Assembly (NCBI GenBank): GCA_963920595.1
Contig: OY986946.1
Span: 7,564,001 to 7,628,000 of the forward strand
DNA from: Eimeria praecox
Lineage: Eukaryota
DNA: 64,000 bases
Direction of reading: 5' to 3'
The position numbers and the translations under genes are program-made. Under the pieces are notes generated by a model. It did no database searches. It was not told the DNA's origin and saw nothing but the letters and a program-made list of their open reading frames with translations. Below are positions 15,001-34,712 of this stretch, piece by piece; the stretch's first letter is position 1; each line of letters begins with the position of its first letter.

Positions 15001-16469
15001 ACGAGCAGCAAATGCAGCAACAAGAACAGCACCAGTTGCTCCTGCTGGAGCAGCAGCACCAGCAGGAGCCACTGAAAATGGCAGAAGCGACACTGGCAGG
15101 GGCACTGGTAACAACGGGAACAACCGTTGCCGCCATCAACGCAGCAGCAGCAGCAGCAGCCGAAATAGCAGCATCAATAGCAGCAGCAACAACAACGGGA
15201 GGCGCACCTTAAGCCCAAGCTGCTGCGCAACAAGTCTTGTTGTTTGGAAGCATAGACAGGCGTAGGGGTCGCCTGCTGTCCAGCTCACCTCCCGGGGAAT
15301 GCCATGGTAAGAAAACAACAGATGCTGCCCCCGCCTGTTCGCAAACCTTGTATTCTATTGTAAATAAATACATAACATGGATAATAACACCATCGAACAC
15401 ACCGTGCATCAACATAATATAGAAATACATACTCCGCCATGCGCGTATATCACGTAGTTTGTGCCTACACTCCTACATATGCACCCATATATTACACAAC
15501 TGAAAGCTACGAACAACGCGCGCATAATATGTATAATGCCTCGTGTACATATAATTACACAGCATTCAAAGCAAAATCCATATGTGCATATAAACGGCGA
15601 GATGCGTGAGTGCATCTCTGCCCATACAAAGCGACCCATAGCCATGCATAGCGTTGCGAGCAAACAGATGAAGATAATTTCATGTGATGGAATATACACG
15701 GACCCATGCTGCTGCCAGAACTTCTCGATCGAAGATGCGATGGAGTGTATGTACACCACGTTGTTCCAGTACCCCCCCACCATCCTCAAATCCGGCATAA
15801 CTCTGCACACAGGGACAAACAAAGCTGCTGCTCTTATCACAGTGAAGGCAGCTGCTACTGCTCGTCGTGCTGCTGCTGCTGCTGCAGCGATAGCGTGAGG
15901 CAATCCAGCTGGGGAGCTGCCAAAAAGAGCAAGACAGGGAAAGTCAAGCTTGCAGCAGCGACCCCCGCAGTCTTGCCATGAATCACAGTACGGCCAACAG
16001 CAGCAGCTGCCGCAGCAACAGCAACAGCAAAAGCAACGGCCACATCAAAAGCAGAAGTAGGAGCAGCAGCAGCCACAGCAGGTGCGGCGGCCGCAGCAAC
16101 AGCAGCCAAAGCAGCAGCAGAACCAGCAGTCACAGCAGCAACTAACCGCCACTTATTGAGTTCACGGAAGACTGCATCGAAGGCAGATCCTGTGCATGAA
16201 GCCGTGGGTTGTGGATAGAGAGGCAGCAGCAGCAGTTTCAGCTGTCGATGCTGCTGCTGCAGATGCTGCAAGCAATCTGCTATACTAGGGTCTCCATAGC
16301 GCACACAGGCCGATACTTCAAAGCGAGGCAGCGATTCCTGTTGCTGCTGCTGACGCTGGTCGAGGTGCTGCTGCAAACGAGCAGCAAGAGAAAGGAGGTG
16401 CACAAGCAGAGGCGGAGCTGCACCCCCCCTCAATACACCGTCCACCTGCTGTTTCAACAACGAAGGCTT

Positions 16470-16504
<35 letters not shown>

Positions 16505-16790
16505 GCTGCTGCAGCGTAGCCGCTGCAGCAGAAAGACGCTCCTTAACATCTTCAGAAGACAGCCATATGGAGGAGTATCTCTTCGCCGAAATAACTGAAA
16601 GGAGCAATCGCACGCAAGATCTCTACATGTCCTCTTCTTGAAGTTCTGTTGCTGTTGCTGCTGTTGCTGCTACTGCTGGTACTGCTGCTAACTTACGAGA
16701 CCGAATTGGAAGAATGACGAGGTGTAGAAGGGGAAGCCAAAAGACCCTTGGCAGCTCAATGACGCGCCGATCACTTAAAAACTCTGCACA

Positions 16791-16822
<32 letters not shown>

Positions 16823-17535
16823 AAACAAGCCAGCATGCCCTCACCCTGGCTTTTACGAAACGTATTTGAGCCTATTCAACGCTAACTAGAGCCAAGGATC
16901 AGCAAGATCGATGCCGCAGCAGCAGCAGCAACAGCAGACGCAGGCAGCACATGCTGCTCTAGCACTAGCAACCGCTTACGCCTCAGGTATTTCCACACTG
17001 CTGTGTAGGTTGGCCGTGAAGGAGACCCAAGATTAATGAGGACAACATGAACTACATCCCTGCTGCTGCTGCTGCTGTTGTTGCTACTACTGTTGTCATC
17101 GCTACTGCTGCTGCTGTTGCCTTCGTTGCTGTTGATGCTGGTGCACACTACATTTGAGGGCCGAGGGGCGTGAGGGTTTTCTTGGTGCCAAAAGTGCTGC
17201 CATCGTGCTGCTGCCGCACTAAGCAACTTCTGCTCCTTGTTAATGATTTGCTGCTGCAGCAGCAGCCGGCGCCTGTAATGTTGCTGTTGCTTTTCTGTTC
17301 CCCTCCACTCATCTGCCGCGACACAAACGGCTGCAGCGCCACTGTTGCATTCTTCTCTCTGTCTGCTGCCGATGCTGCCGCCGGTGGTGCCACTGCTGCA
17401 GCTGCTGCGGCTGCTGCCGCTGTAGATTGTTCTGGTATGGAAGTTGCACCGGAGCGTATTGCTGCTGTTGCTGCTGCTGCGGACGCACGAAGCAACAATT
17501 GCACGGGCCCTTGAATGCATTCCAACGAGCCCCAT
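12034..17535 (-). CDS. hemH: Ferrochelatase (about 8 exons) with a long low-complexity N-terminal extension
   Basis: Conserved blocks occur in order: [103 protein letters not shown] at 17535; stop at 12034-12036. Confidence 0.95.
12626..13630. repeat. Intronic (TATATC)n satellite of about 860 bp, followed by a degenerate opposite-strand (GATATA/GATACA) tract
   Basis: Near-pure TATATC units with a 14-bp TCTATATCTATATA periodicity in the centre (12626-13485), then AGATAT/AGATAC-type units (13486-13630). It lies in the last ferrochelatase intron. Confidence 0.95.
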
Positions 17536-18188
17536 GCGCGGTTGCTTCTTTCTCGTTGCTGCGCCAAACCCTAGCGCCCAAACCCTCAAGTCGTGCAGCA
17601 GCGCTGGTAGGCAACGAACTCTGTCAGGTACAGGGATCAGGTTTCTGCCCCCGTTTGTTTGTCTTCTTCAGCTTCACCAGAGCACAAGACAAAGTCCTAA
17701 ATACATATTGGTTCATTTGTCTGCAGCACCGAATGGAAGACAGGCAGGAGAAATGCAACAAGCCACCAACAGAGCTGCTGGGGTAGCGCGTCCCAAGCCA
17801 TAAACACTTGGCTCTCAAGGCCAAACCTTAGACCCCCAATCTCAGTCTTAGAAGAAAACGTAAATGCAACAATTGAATCAAATTGTAATGTGTGTTAATA
17901 AAAAAATGTGCGTTTCATGGTTTAGGGTTTAGGGCTTGGGGCTCACCGACTCCGGTACGCCTGCGGGAGCAGTTGCAAGTGACTGTGTGGCATTAGCTGT
18001 AGCAATGCAAATACACAAATTACAATACCCGAATACAATTAAATAAGTTGAATGCGTTAATTACGCTGTATTCCTCCCAAGCCGGTGGCTGTTTCCAGCT
18101 TTTGTAGGCACAAACACTAAACCCAGCTCTTGCAGTCGCGAACCCTAAACCCCTTACCCTAAATCCTGTTGATGCATAGACACTGATC

Positions 18189-18506
18189 ATGAGTGCAACC
18201 AAGGCGCCAGCCCAGACAGCTAACCAAGGCGTTCTTGCTACGGAGAATGCACAGGAGGAGCGTGCTGCTGCTGCTACTGCTGCAGCGGTTGCAAGAGCAA
18301 CAGCTGAAGCAGCAGGAGCACCTGCAACTTCAGTAGGAGGAACCGCAGCAACAGAAGCAGCTCTTCAAGCAGCAGCGGAGCTGCAGCAGCAGCAGCCGCA
18401 GCTTCCCATGCCGCAGCAAAGATCGACCCTGAGTGCAGAGCAAGAACAGGAATTGAAGAGATTTGAAATTAAGCTTCGAATGGACAATGAAAAGTACAAA
18501 TAATTC

Positions 18507-18555
<49 letters not shown>

Positions 18556-18701
18556 GTATATATATATATATAATAAGCAATTCTTAGGTTACAAAAAGTG
18601 CAAGCGATTGCCCCTTGTCTCTGCGGAGTATTGTTCACGATGGTTTAGAATCGCCAGCACTCACTTTGCGTGTAAATATGCGCACGGATCTATTGCATAA
18701 G

Positions 18702-18778
<77 letters not shown>

Positions 18779-19928
18779 TTGCATGAGTGTACGAATGCAT
18801 AGGCATCCACTAATGTATATGCATACAATTATGTTGTAACTGGGCACAAAGGAGCACGCACACGCACAAGCGTATATGCAGTAAATGTGCTTGAGTGTGC
18901 AAATGCTGTGGCATGGGGTAACAGGTGCGTATAGACAGCCATCAAATTCACCTTCCCATGCATACCTGTGGAGTGGAACTGGTTACGGTATACGTATTGC
19001 CGAGCGCTTCCGTTTAACTTGCCCAAAGAGCAGCAGCACAATAGGCTACTTCACTTGGGGTGTACAGGGAGGGATATTTAGATGGCGGATTGTGGGCATA
19101 AGTGCACGCTTACATGCTCCAGCCGGAGCGGGAAATGACTATATAAGAGCATTTAAATGTTAATTTGTAAGCAAAGGCATGATTGTATGAACCGGCGAAT
19201 ATGTGCTGCTGCTCTTCAACCGAGAGACTGTCACGACGGTTTGTGGGGTTGCTATGTCAGCCAGCTGGCGCACTGGAGGGCTATCGAGGGACTGGCTAGC
19301 TAACAAGCTAGCTGGACTGCCAACAAAAGCAGAACTAGACAAGCAGATACCAAAGCAAACAAAAGAAGATGGATGAACACGGAAGAGCAGATACTAGGAG
19401 CAACTAAGAACCCCACAGAGATAGCTAAAAAGAGCCACAGGAACAACGATAGCGCTGTAGACGAACGAACGCAGGGGTGGAGAAAGCAGCGTACTGGCAG
19501 AAACACCAACACGAATAGCCGGTTAGCTAGATAACTGATTAGTTTGCTGGCTTATTGCTGGAGGATTGTCTTTCTTGTGTGTCGACACGCCAGAGGAGGG
19601 GATAGCGAGTGGCAAACACCTCAGATGGCATACGAGGTGAGAGTAGAGGCAACCCTGCGGTTAATCTGTGCTTTTCAACACCTACCTTTCTATGGTGCTG
19701 CGCAGGTACCTGGCTGCTCACCCGGAACTGAGTGAGTTGCTGCTCGCATTTTTGGGCGCCGTCCTGGAGCACCAGCAGCGGCTGCAGCCCCAGCAGCGAC
19801 TTCACGAGCAGCAGCTGCTGCAGTTCGCAGGGCGTTTCTTCACGCAGCCCAACCTCAGAGAAGTTGCATCGAGAGTAGCCGGCAGACACACCGCCGACGC
19901 AGCCGTTTCACACACGCCAGGCCGATAG
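18189..19928 (+). CDS. RIIa (PKA dimerisation/docking-like) domain protein, RIIAD1-like (exons 18189-18493, 19706-19928)
   Basis: The spliced product ...LSAEQEQELKRFEIKLRMDNEK|YLAAHPELSELLLAFLGAVLEHQ...LQFAGRFFTQPNL resembles the RIIAD1 pattern (NEKYL..H.E...L...F......F...FT.P.L). The GT/AG junction is in phase. Confidence 0.8.
18509..18774. repeat. Two (TA)n microsatellites in the RIIa-domain gene intron
   Basis: TA runs at 18509-18572 and 18705-18774. Confidence 0.95.
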
Positions 19929-19974
19929 AACAGCTCCTCAGCCACAGGCTCAGCAAGCAACGTACGAAAGAAGA

Positions 19975-20165
19975 TAACTAGCCAGCAAGTTGCCTGCCTG
20001 TCTACAGAGGCTCCAGTGGCACGAGCTGCCAAACATTGGCTACCTAGCTAGCCAGCCAGCTGCCTACCTAGCAAGCTAGGTACCTAGAAAGTTAGCTACC
20101 GGCATGAACAACTGGCTAGCCAGCTAGCTAGGTACGTATCCATGAGGCTCGCTAACTAGGCAAAT
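19975..20165. repeat. Degenerate TAGC/AGCT-rich tract between convergent 3' ends
   Basis: Many ctagctag/gctagc/ctacctag units. Similar patches occur at about 19290-19320, 25900-26000 and 32315-32365. Confidence 0.55.
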
Positions 20166-20284
20166 CGCTCGATGGTTTTCCAGCTGCGGGTGCATCCTGC
20201 ACCGGGAACGCCCTGCTTTTAGAAGCTGTCCAGGCTTATAACAAACAAAGTGACAAATTGGCCTGGTTTTTGAAGAAGAGTCCC

Positions 20285-28081
<7,797 letters not shown>

Positions 28082-29088
28082 CTGCAAGAGTTGACAATAG
28101 CTGCCTCCCTTCTACTGCGTTTCATGGAGCGTGCGGGCAAGGTGAATGCTGCAATTCGCGAGGTGTTCTAGGACCTCGTTCGCTAGCAAGATCTATCGAA
28201 TACCCATCTATGAGCCTATTTAGTAATGCATTAAGCTCTTCTTCTAGCTGTTCTAAACACTTTCAGAGGGGGGCGGATGCCCTGAGACAGCGATGGTGTG
28301 CTGGCAGGCGGTCCCCCGCATCTCGTGTACATGCCCCTATAGGATTAGGAGATTCTGTCTGTGAAAGGAAAATGAACATGAGATTCGGTCTACTTCTCTT
28401 CTTATCTTTAAATACGAGCTGCATCGTCGCTGGTTCAAAGAAAATCTATGGGGCATTGCCGCAGAGGCTTCTTGGCCCAGCCCCAAGGTTTGTTGGATCG
28501 CTGGTGCTGCTGTAGAGGTAGCACCTGAAAAAGATGAAGAGCCAGCCGTAGCGAGTGCATCCAAATATGGATTTTAGTAGGTACGTGGTTTTTTTGCTGC
28601 AGCAAGGGAAGAAGCAGCAGCAGGAGCAGGAGCAGCGCGAGACCAGCCAATGCAGCAGGGCCCGCTGCCCCACACAAGCAGCAGCACGAAATTTCCGTAG
28701 CTGCTGCATGCGCTAGCCCTGTCATCCCATCAGCCTTCCTAATTTCTTTTGTCGTGTTTAAGGTAACCCTTACTTGTATTTGGTTGGGGTCCTCGTTGCA
28801 GCGCGAGCAACAGGCGGGTGGCTCGCCTCTTGAGCTCCTCCAGGTCAAAAGGGCTCGTAGTGGGGGCGAGGAACTTGTATTTTCTTTCTTTACGTCGTTT
28901 TTGTTGCCCCTAAAGTTTGTATCTTTCTGTCTATCTGTTTGTCTGCTGCTTAACTGCCACGAAAAGGCGCTTTCGCTCCCTTTGGCCGAGGCACGCGGCG
29001 CATGCGTGCATGCAGTGTTAAGTCCGTCTTCTCAGCCGTTAAAACCTCTATTTCAGAAGCATCTCCATAGTTTTTCATATACTTTGGC

Positions 29089-30348
29089 ATGATGGGGGAA
29101 AAGGAAAAGAAGAAGGTGAGCTCGAGTGGAGGTTTTGTTATTCAGCCTACGAGCACTCCGCCACCGATTGACACAAGCAAGTGGCCGCTGCTCCTGAAGG
29201 TGAGTCGTACATTTTTTTTGTCCCTCATTTTCTCCTTCCTTTTGTATGGACCCATAGGTCTGTGCACTGTCTGTTCGATTTTTGTTGCTGGAGACTGAAG
29301 ATGCAGGGGCCCGTGCGCCTTTCCGTTTCTGTTGCAGTGTGTTGCAGGGCTGCTTGCATACTCTTTAGATCACTATATGCGCTCTTCCAGTGTATACTTT
29401 GTACCGCATTTACAATTGGTGTGTAGTTTTCGATGAGCATGGATCTGTTGACTTTTTTGCCTGTGTGCGTGGTGCCCCTGTAGAACTATGACCGGCTGAA
29501 CGTAAGGACGGGGCACTACACTCCGCTGCCTTTCGGCAGCAGCCCGTTGGCGAGACCGCTGCAGCAACATCTGAACTACGGGTCGTTACTGCTGGACAAG
29601 CCCGCGAACCCTTCATCACACGAGGTGAGCACGGACACGGTGCTGGCTCTTCTGGAGGTGCTGTTGCTGGTGTTGCTGAAATCGTTGTTGCTGCTGCACT
29701 GTTAGTCACATGTGGAACTAGTCGAAGTGTAGTAATACTGAATGATATGATGTTGCGTTTATCGCGTGTTTCTGCGGGCAGGTCGTTGCGTGGCTGAAGA
29801 AGATCCTGCGGGTTGAGAAGACGGGCCATAGCGGCACCCTGGACCCGAAGGTGACGGGGTGTCTGCTCGTGTGTATCAACAGGCAAGCAGCAGTTGGTTT
29901 ACGGCATATACCATCTACTTTGCATTGAATTAAAATATACAATGTAATTATAATTATAATTATAATGTGTAAGCAGCATGCGCATTCCGCATGCCGCGTG
30001 GAGAGGGCATCCAGAGGGGGGGCAGTTGAGAACGGCTTGCTGCGTCATTGTGCTAATCGGTGTGCCGGGAACGATCGAAGTGACCTAATTCATTCAGGTA
30101 TTTTGGTGCAATATTGGGGAGTACTAGAGTTTGTTACTTTGTTTGCAGGGCTACTCGGCTCGTCAAGAGCCAACAGAGCGCGGGGAAGGAATACGTGGCC
30201 GTCGCTCGTTTCCACTCCAAGCCAGAGAGCAAGGCCAAAGTGGCACGGGTACGTACCACGTCTTGAAATGCTCAGTTCTGGCGCTTATGCTTATTTACCA
30301 GGACAATGCACATTGGAATGCATAGCTCTGCAAAGAGTCTTCTACGCC

Positions 30349-30432
<84 letters not shown>

Positions 30433-32108
30433 TGAGGGCGCCATGAGCGGAGTGCCGCATCGCATTTTTTTTCTGCACTGCAGGCACTGGAGACCCTTAC
30501 TGGTGCACTGTTTCAAAGGCCGCCAGTCATTTCTGCTGTCAAGCGGCAGCTGCGGATCAGGTGAGCACCTTGCGTGCCTTTCAAAGGCAGGGGGACTGGA
30601 ATATTTGCTAATTGAAATGCTGCTAAGTGTGGAACTCATGGGTGGCCAATTGTTCAAGGCTTGTTCGGGGCTGTGCTTCAGCGGGGCGGCGTAGATAATC
30701 TCATGTCCATAGTTTCGTCCTCTTTTGTGTTTGGTGGTGTGGGTTATAGGACGATTTACGAGTCGGAGATCCTGTCGTACGACGAGGAAAAGCATTTGTG
30801 CGTTTTTCGGGTGTCTTGCGAGGCGGGAACATACATCCGAACTCTATGCGTTCATTTGGGGCTTTTGTTGGGCACCGGGGCGCACATGCAAGAACTACGC
30901 CGCGTGAGAAGTGGCAATTTGCAAGAAAACGGGAACCTTGTCACGCTCCACGATGTCCTCGATGCGATGTATGTTTACGATGCATTCCGAGACGAAACTT
31001 ATCTCCGAAGGTGAGGCTTTTTGAAGGCGTGTGGCGGTTGACAGTTAAGCATTTCGGGCCCCAAAGGGGTAGTGCTAGGCCGGCTGCTTCCCTGTCACGG
31101 GCCAGCTTGCAAAGAGAAAGAATACATAGTTTATGGAATTCTTAAAATTAGTTATTTTTTAAATATACTTGCGTGGGTTGCGTGGTGTGCTGCCCTGAAG
31201 AATCATCTTCCCGTTGGAGATGCTCCTTGTTGGCCTTCCCCGCATCGTAGTGAAGGACTCCTGCGTCAATGCCATTTGTTATGGTGCTAAACTCATGATA
31301 CCCGGCGTCCTGAGGTTCGAAAATAACATCGAAGTCAACGCGGAAGTTGTCCTGATGACTACGAAGGGAGAGGCCATTGCATTAGGTAAGTGGTGAATGG
31401 GACGGAAATACGCTCCCCTCGATAAACACCCGCATATGCATTATATATAACCAATATGGATGTATGTTTCTTTACCTATATGTAATACAGATGCATAAAT
31501 GGATAGATATGGAAGTGCAAATGTGGGCGCCTTTGGGACGTTCAGGCGTAGCGCAGATGTCAACTCCTGTGATAGCGAGTGTTGATCATGGGGTTGTGGC
31601 GGCAGTCAAACGAGTGTTGATGGATCGCGACACTTATGCGATGCGGTGGGGCTATGGACCACGTGCGTCTGAGAAGAAGAAGATGATTTTAGGGGGGTTG
31701 CTGGATAAGAAAGGGAGGCCTAACGAGAACACTCCTAAGGAGTGGCTAAAGACGGAAGGCTTCCTCCCCAAATTGACGGGGGAACCACAAACTCCAGCAC
31801 CTCCCGCCGTGAAGGTAGAACAGGAGGAACAGCCAGCAACAACAGAAGCAGACGAATCGACACAGAACGGCGCCTCTGAAAAGGTAGTTTGAAGTGAACT
31901 TAAGCTCCCTCCTGTGTAATCCGTTTTGGTAGGGGCACTGAACGTGCCGTGGCAAACTTCAGCGCGCGGTTTCTTGTTTGTTTCGCAGACAAAGAAAAAA
32001 AAGAGGCGCGCGGAGGAAGAAACAGAAGCTCAGGAGGAGGTCGCAGATAAACACCCAAAGAAGCACAAGAAGAAAAAGCATCGAGAAACGGAAGGAGAGA
32101 GTGACTGA
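29089..32108 (+). CDS. CBF5: H/ACA ribonucleoprotein pseudouridine synthase, dyskerin/Cbf5 (9 exons)
   Basis: Exons 29089-29199, 29484-29624, 29782-29882, 30149-30248, 30484-30560, 30750-31010, 31201-31385, 31546-31883 and 31989-32108 give [50 protein letters not shown] (catalytic Asp), [13 protein letters not shown], a PUA domain ([14 protein letters not shown]) and a Lys/Glu-rich tail. Confidence 0.98.
30352..30427. repeat. (TA)n microsatellite in a dyskerin intron
   Basis: Pure TA run. Confidence 0.95.
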
Positions 32109-32572
32109 CAGTGCAGCTCCAAACGCGGCTCTGCCAATCCAACATGGTGGCCAATGCGCGCCGCATGCAGTTTGATGAGTATGCAGCTAATTTCAGTTGC
32201 ACTCCACAGCCAGTGATATCGTCGGGAGAGCAGTCCTGATGATCATCCGACAGTTGGGAGCTTTGTGGATGCTGAACTGCTCACGGCGTCGCAGCTGGTG
32301 CATCTGTATATTCGTGGCTAGCCGTCCAGCTAGGTGTGCTGCATGGTATAGCTAGCTAGCTAACGAGCGGCGCACCGGCACGTGCACTGAGGACTTGTGT
32401 GTTGCCGCATTGCAAACACACAGCGAGTGTGTTTCTGTCGAGCGGGGCGCATGCTTAAAAGAATAGGACCTAAGAAGCATTTTTTAAACGAAAAAGGCTG
32501 GCAGAGTTCTTGTCTGCATAGTCAATTGAATTGTCAGGGGTGTAGTGGCGTTCAGAATGCCAACACAGACCA

Positions 32573-33484
32573 TCACTGGGTCTCCGCTTCCTTCTCGGAG
32601 CTAATGTATAGCACTGAATAAACAGAAACGTATAATTCAAACTGCAGTTACCACCACAGAAATTTCGCTGCTACGCAGCACAACTAACCTGAGGTTGCCA
32701 TTTCGGGTTTCTTGTGTGAAGGACTCTCACCGTTGTTCCCCCGAATAAGTGCCAGCGGATAAGAAGCCACAAGCGTTTGTTCCTCCGAGAACTCCTGCGC
32801 TTTTTCTAAAGCGATATTCATTCGGTCATCCAGGCACTGCATAATACCTGCGGTCGCAGCACATTCATCCCTCGCGGTCGGCGGCCCCTTAGCGTGTGGC
32901 TGTACGTACACGGTGAGGATATAATGATAATTTATGTAAATAATATCCTCGGAAGCACATTTCCACGACGCCGCAAGCTCAGTAGCATCGGTGAATTACC
33001 AAACCATCTTCTGGTATTGAGAGGTGCAATGCAGCAACACGCTGTGAACAGAGAATTTTCTAGATTGGGCGAGTAAGGCGTACAGTAAAAAGCATGCATA
33101 ACTGCCAACTATGACACCACAGAAGCAAAATTCCTATATATATGGCGTGCATTGCAACACCAGCACGACGGGAAGCGTCTGCTTGGAATCGGTGCAATGC
33201 ATCAACGACGCAGCTTGCAGCAGACGCTACACTATCTATGACGCACATAATTTTTAAATGTTGCAAATCAGTTAACTAAGTAGCACGAACTTTTCGGTAG
33301 TTCGCAGTTGGCGCCGCAATCTTCCTGTGTTCAATATTGCATCATGAAGATAGTGCCGACGGTTACCTTTGTAGATAACTCCGCTGTTGAGCTTGACAAG
33401 GACGTTCCCTCCCAACACGCTCTGTAGGAATTCGCTGGGGGTTTTTCTCCCAGTTGAGGCTGGCGCTGGTGGCTTGGCGGTCAT
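32573..33484 (-). CDS. LSM6: Sm-like protein Lsm6 (exons 33484-33367, 32847-32731, 32613-32573)
   Basis: The spliced product is MTAKPPAPASTGRKTPSEFLQSVLGGNVLVKLNSGVIYKG-IMQCLDDRMNIALEKAQEF...YPLALIRGNN-VLYISSEKEAETQ*, with Sm1 and Sm2 motifs. TPSEFL and IRGNNVLYIS are Lsm6-like. Confidence 0.92.
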
Positions 33485-34333
33485 TTCTCCTCAACGGCAC
33501 AAAGGGGGGCAGCACAAGCAAGGGGTGTGGGTAGTACCGGGCTCTATTAATGGCCCGGGACTAAAAAACGGTTACAGAGTCGCCGTGAAATTTTATTGGT
33601 CTTACTAAAATATACATTAATTTGCTCGAAGATGTGGCGTGCGGCCTATGCGGCGTGCTGCCAAGGCATCAGTTGCAGCTTTGGGGCTGCATGACTCCGC
33701 GGGAGCTTTGTTCCCATGTCGTGCTCAGTAAAATGCCGCATTCCGACCATTTTTGACCAACGAAACGCGCAATCTTTTAAGTGATGCTTTTGGTTGGAGA
33801 ATGGCTTGACATGCAGTTGATGCTTACCTTCTGCTTGCATGCTCGTTCTTCGTGGGGGGCCTTGGCTTGATGCCCATCTTCCGAATTCACACACAAAGCC
33901 GATGCTAGTACCAGAAATGCGGCCGCAGCCTAGCTCGTGATAATGCGATCTCAGTTTATCTTAGATGCTTTAAGTGCATCTGCATTTGAGTTGTGCTGCT
34001 TATAGGGGAATGCATCACGCTCTTCGTGATGGTACTCGCATCCCTGCGAGCACTGCTCGCAGGCTTATTATGGAGGGTCAAGCAAGCATGTGAACACAAC
34101 CAGCACTTCTGTCTGCAATACTTGCCAATGAAACAAAGGGAGCATTGGTTGTACGTGCATGTGGCGCTGCCTTGTAGTATTAGCTGCGGCCGATGAAGAC
34201 CCGTAGCATGATCTGCGTGATGTTGGTACCTGCAGTGGCGTCCTTTGGATTTTATCCATGAACCATCACGAAGTATGAGCCGAATATTTAGAGAAGGAAT
34301 ACGTTAAAAGCATCTGGCCTCCCCTCCATTCAG

Positions 34334-34712
34334 TGTAAGGAGATCCCTCGATTTTAGCCGAGGACCATCACGAACAGCAAGAGTTCGTAGTTGAGGCAGG
34401 AGTTAGTAGGAGGCAGTTAAGCCCCCCCCCTTCGATCCTACAAACCCATCTCGGCGCAGTTGGCGAAGAGTCTGGGCTGGTGGCCACATGGACAGGCCTT
34501 TTCATGAGGTACAAAGCAACTTGCTGCAGCTGGAGCTACAAGGCATCACCAGAATTACGCACAGCCAGTGAGCCCTTGCTGCATGCGCTAGCATAGTAGA
34601 CTGTAGTTTAGAGTGTCTTTAAGCACTTACTTGTTATCCGTAGTCAGGCTGTGGGCAAGCATGAATCTGAGTACCAACACCTACTTCTGACCACCAGTTT
34701 CGCAAAGCTACA
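34334..34712 (-). repeat. 3' LTR of the outer chromovirus
   Basis: TG...CA bounded. Colinear with 42961-43297 through shared blocks cctcgattttagc, ggacaggcct, ttgctgca, cacttact and gcaaagctaca, but heavily diverged. Confidence 0.75.

Noticed and set aside
870..17535. Cytochrome c and ferrochelatase as a heme gene cluster
   Set aside because: They are 10 kb apart with an unrelated gene between them, and nothing indicates co-regulation.
29883..30148. Intronic H/ACA snoRNA in dyskerin introns
   Set aside because: I could not identify a convincing hairpin-H box-hairpin-ACA arrangement by eye.
34421..34433. C-run (minus-strand G-run) as the PPT of the outer element
   Set aside because: It lies inside the 3' LTR and aligns with tccccctcc in the 5' LTR. 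The real PPT should be near 34713-34745 and is decayed.
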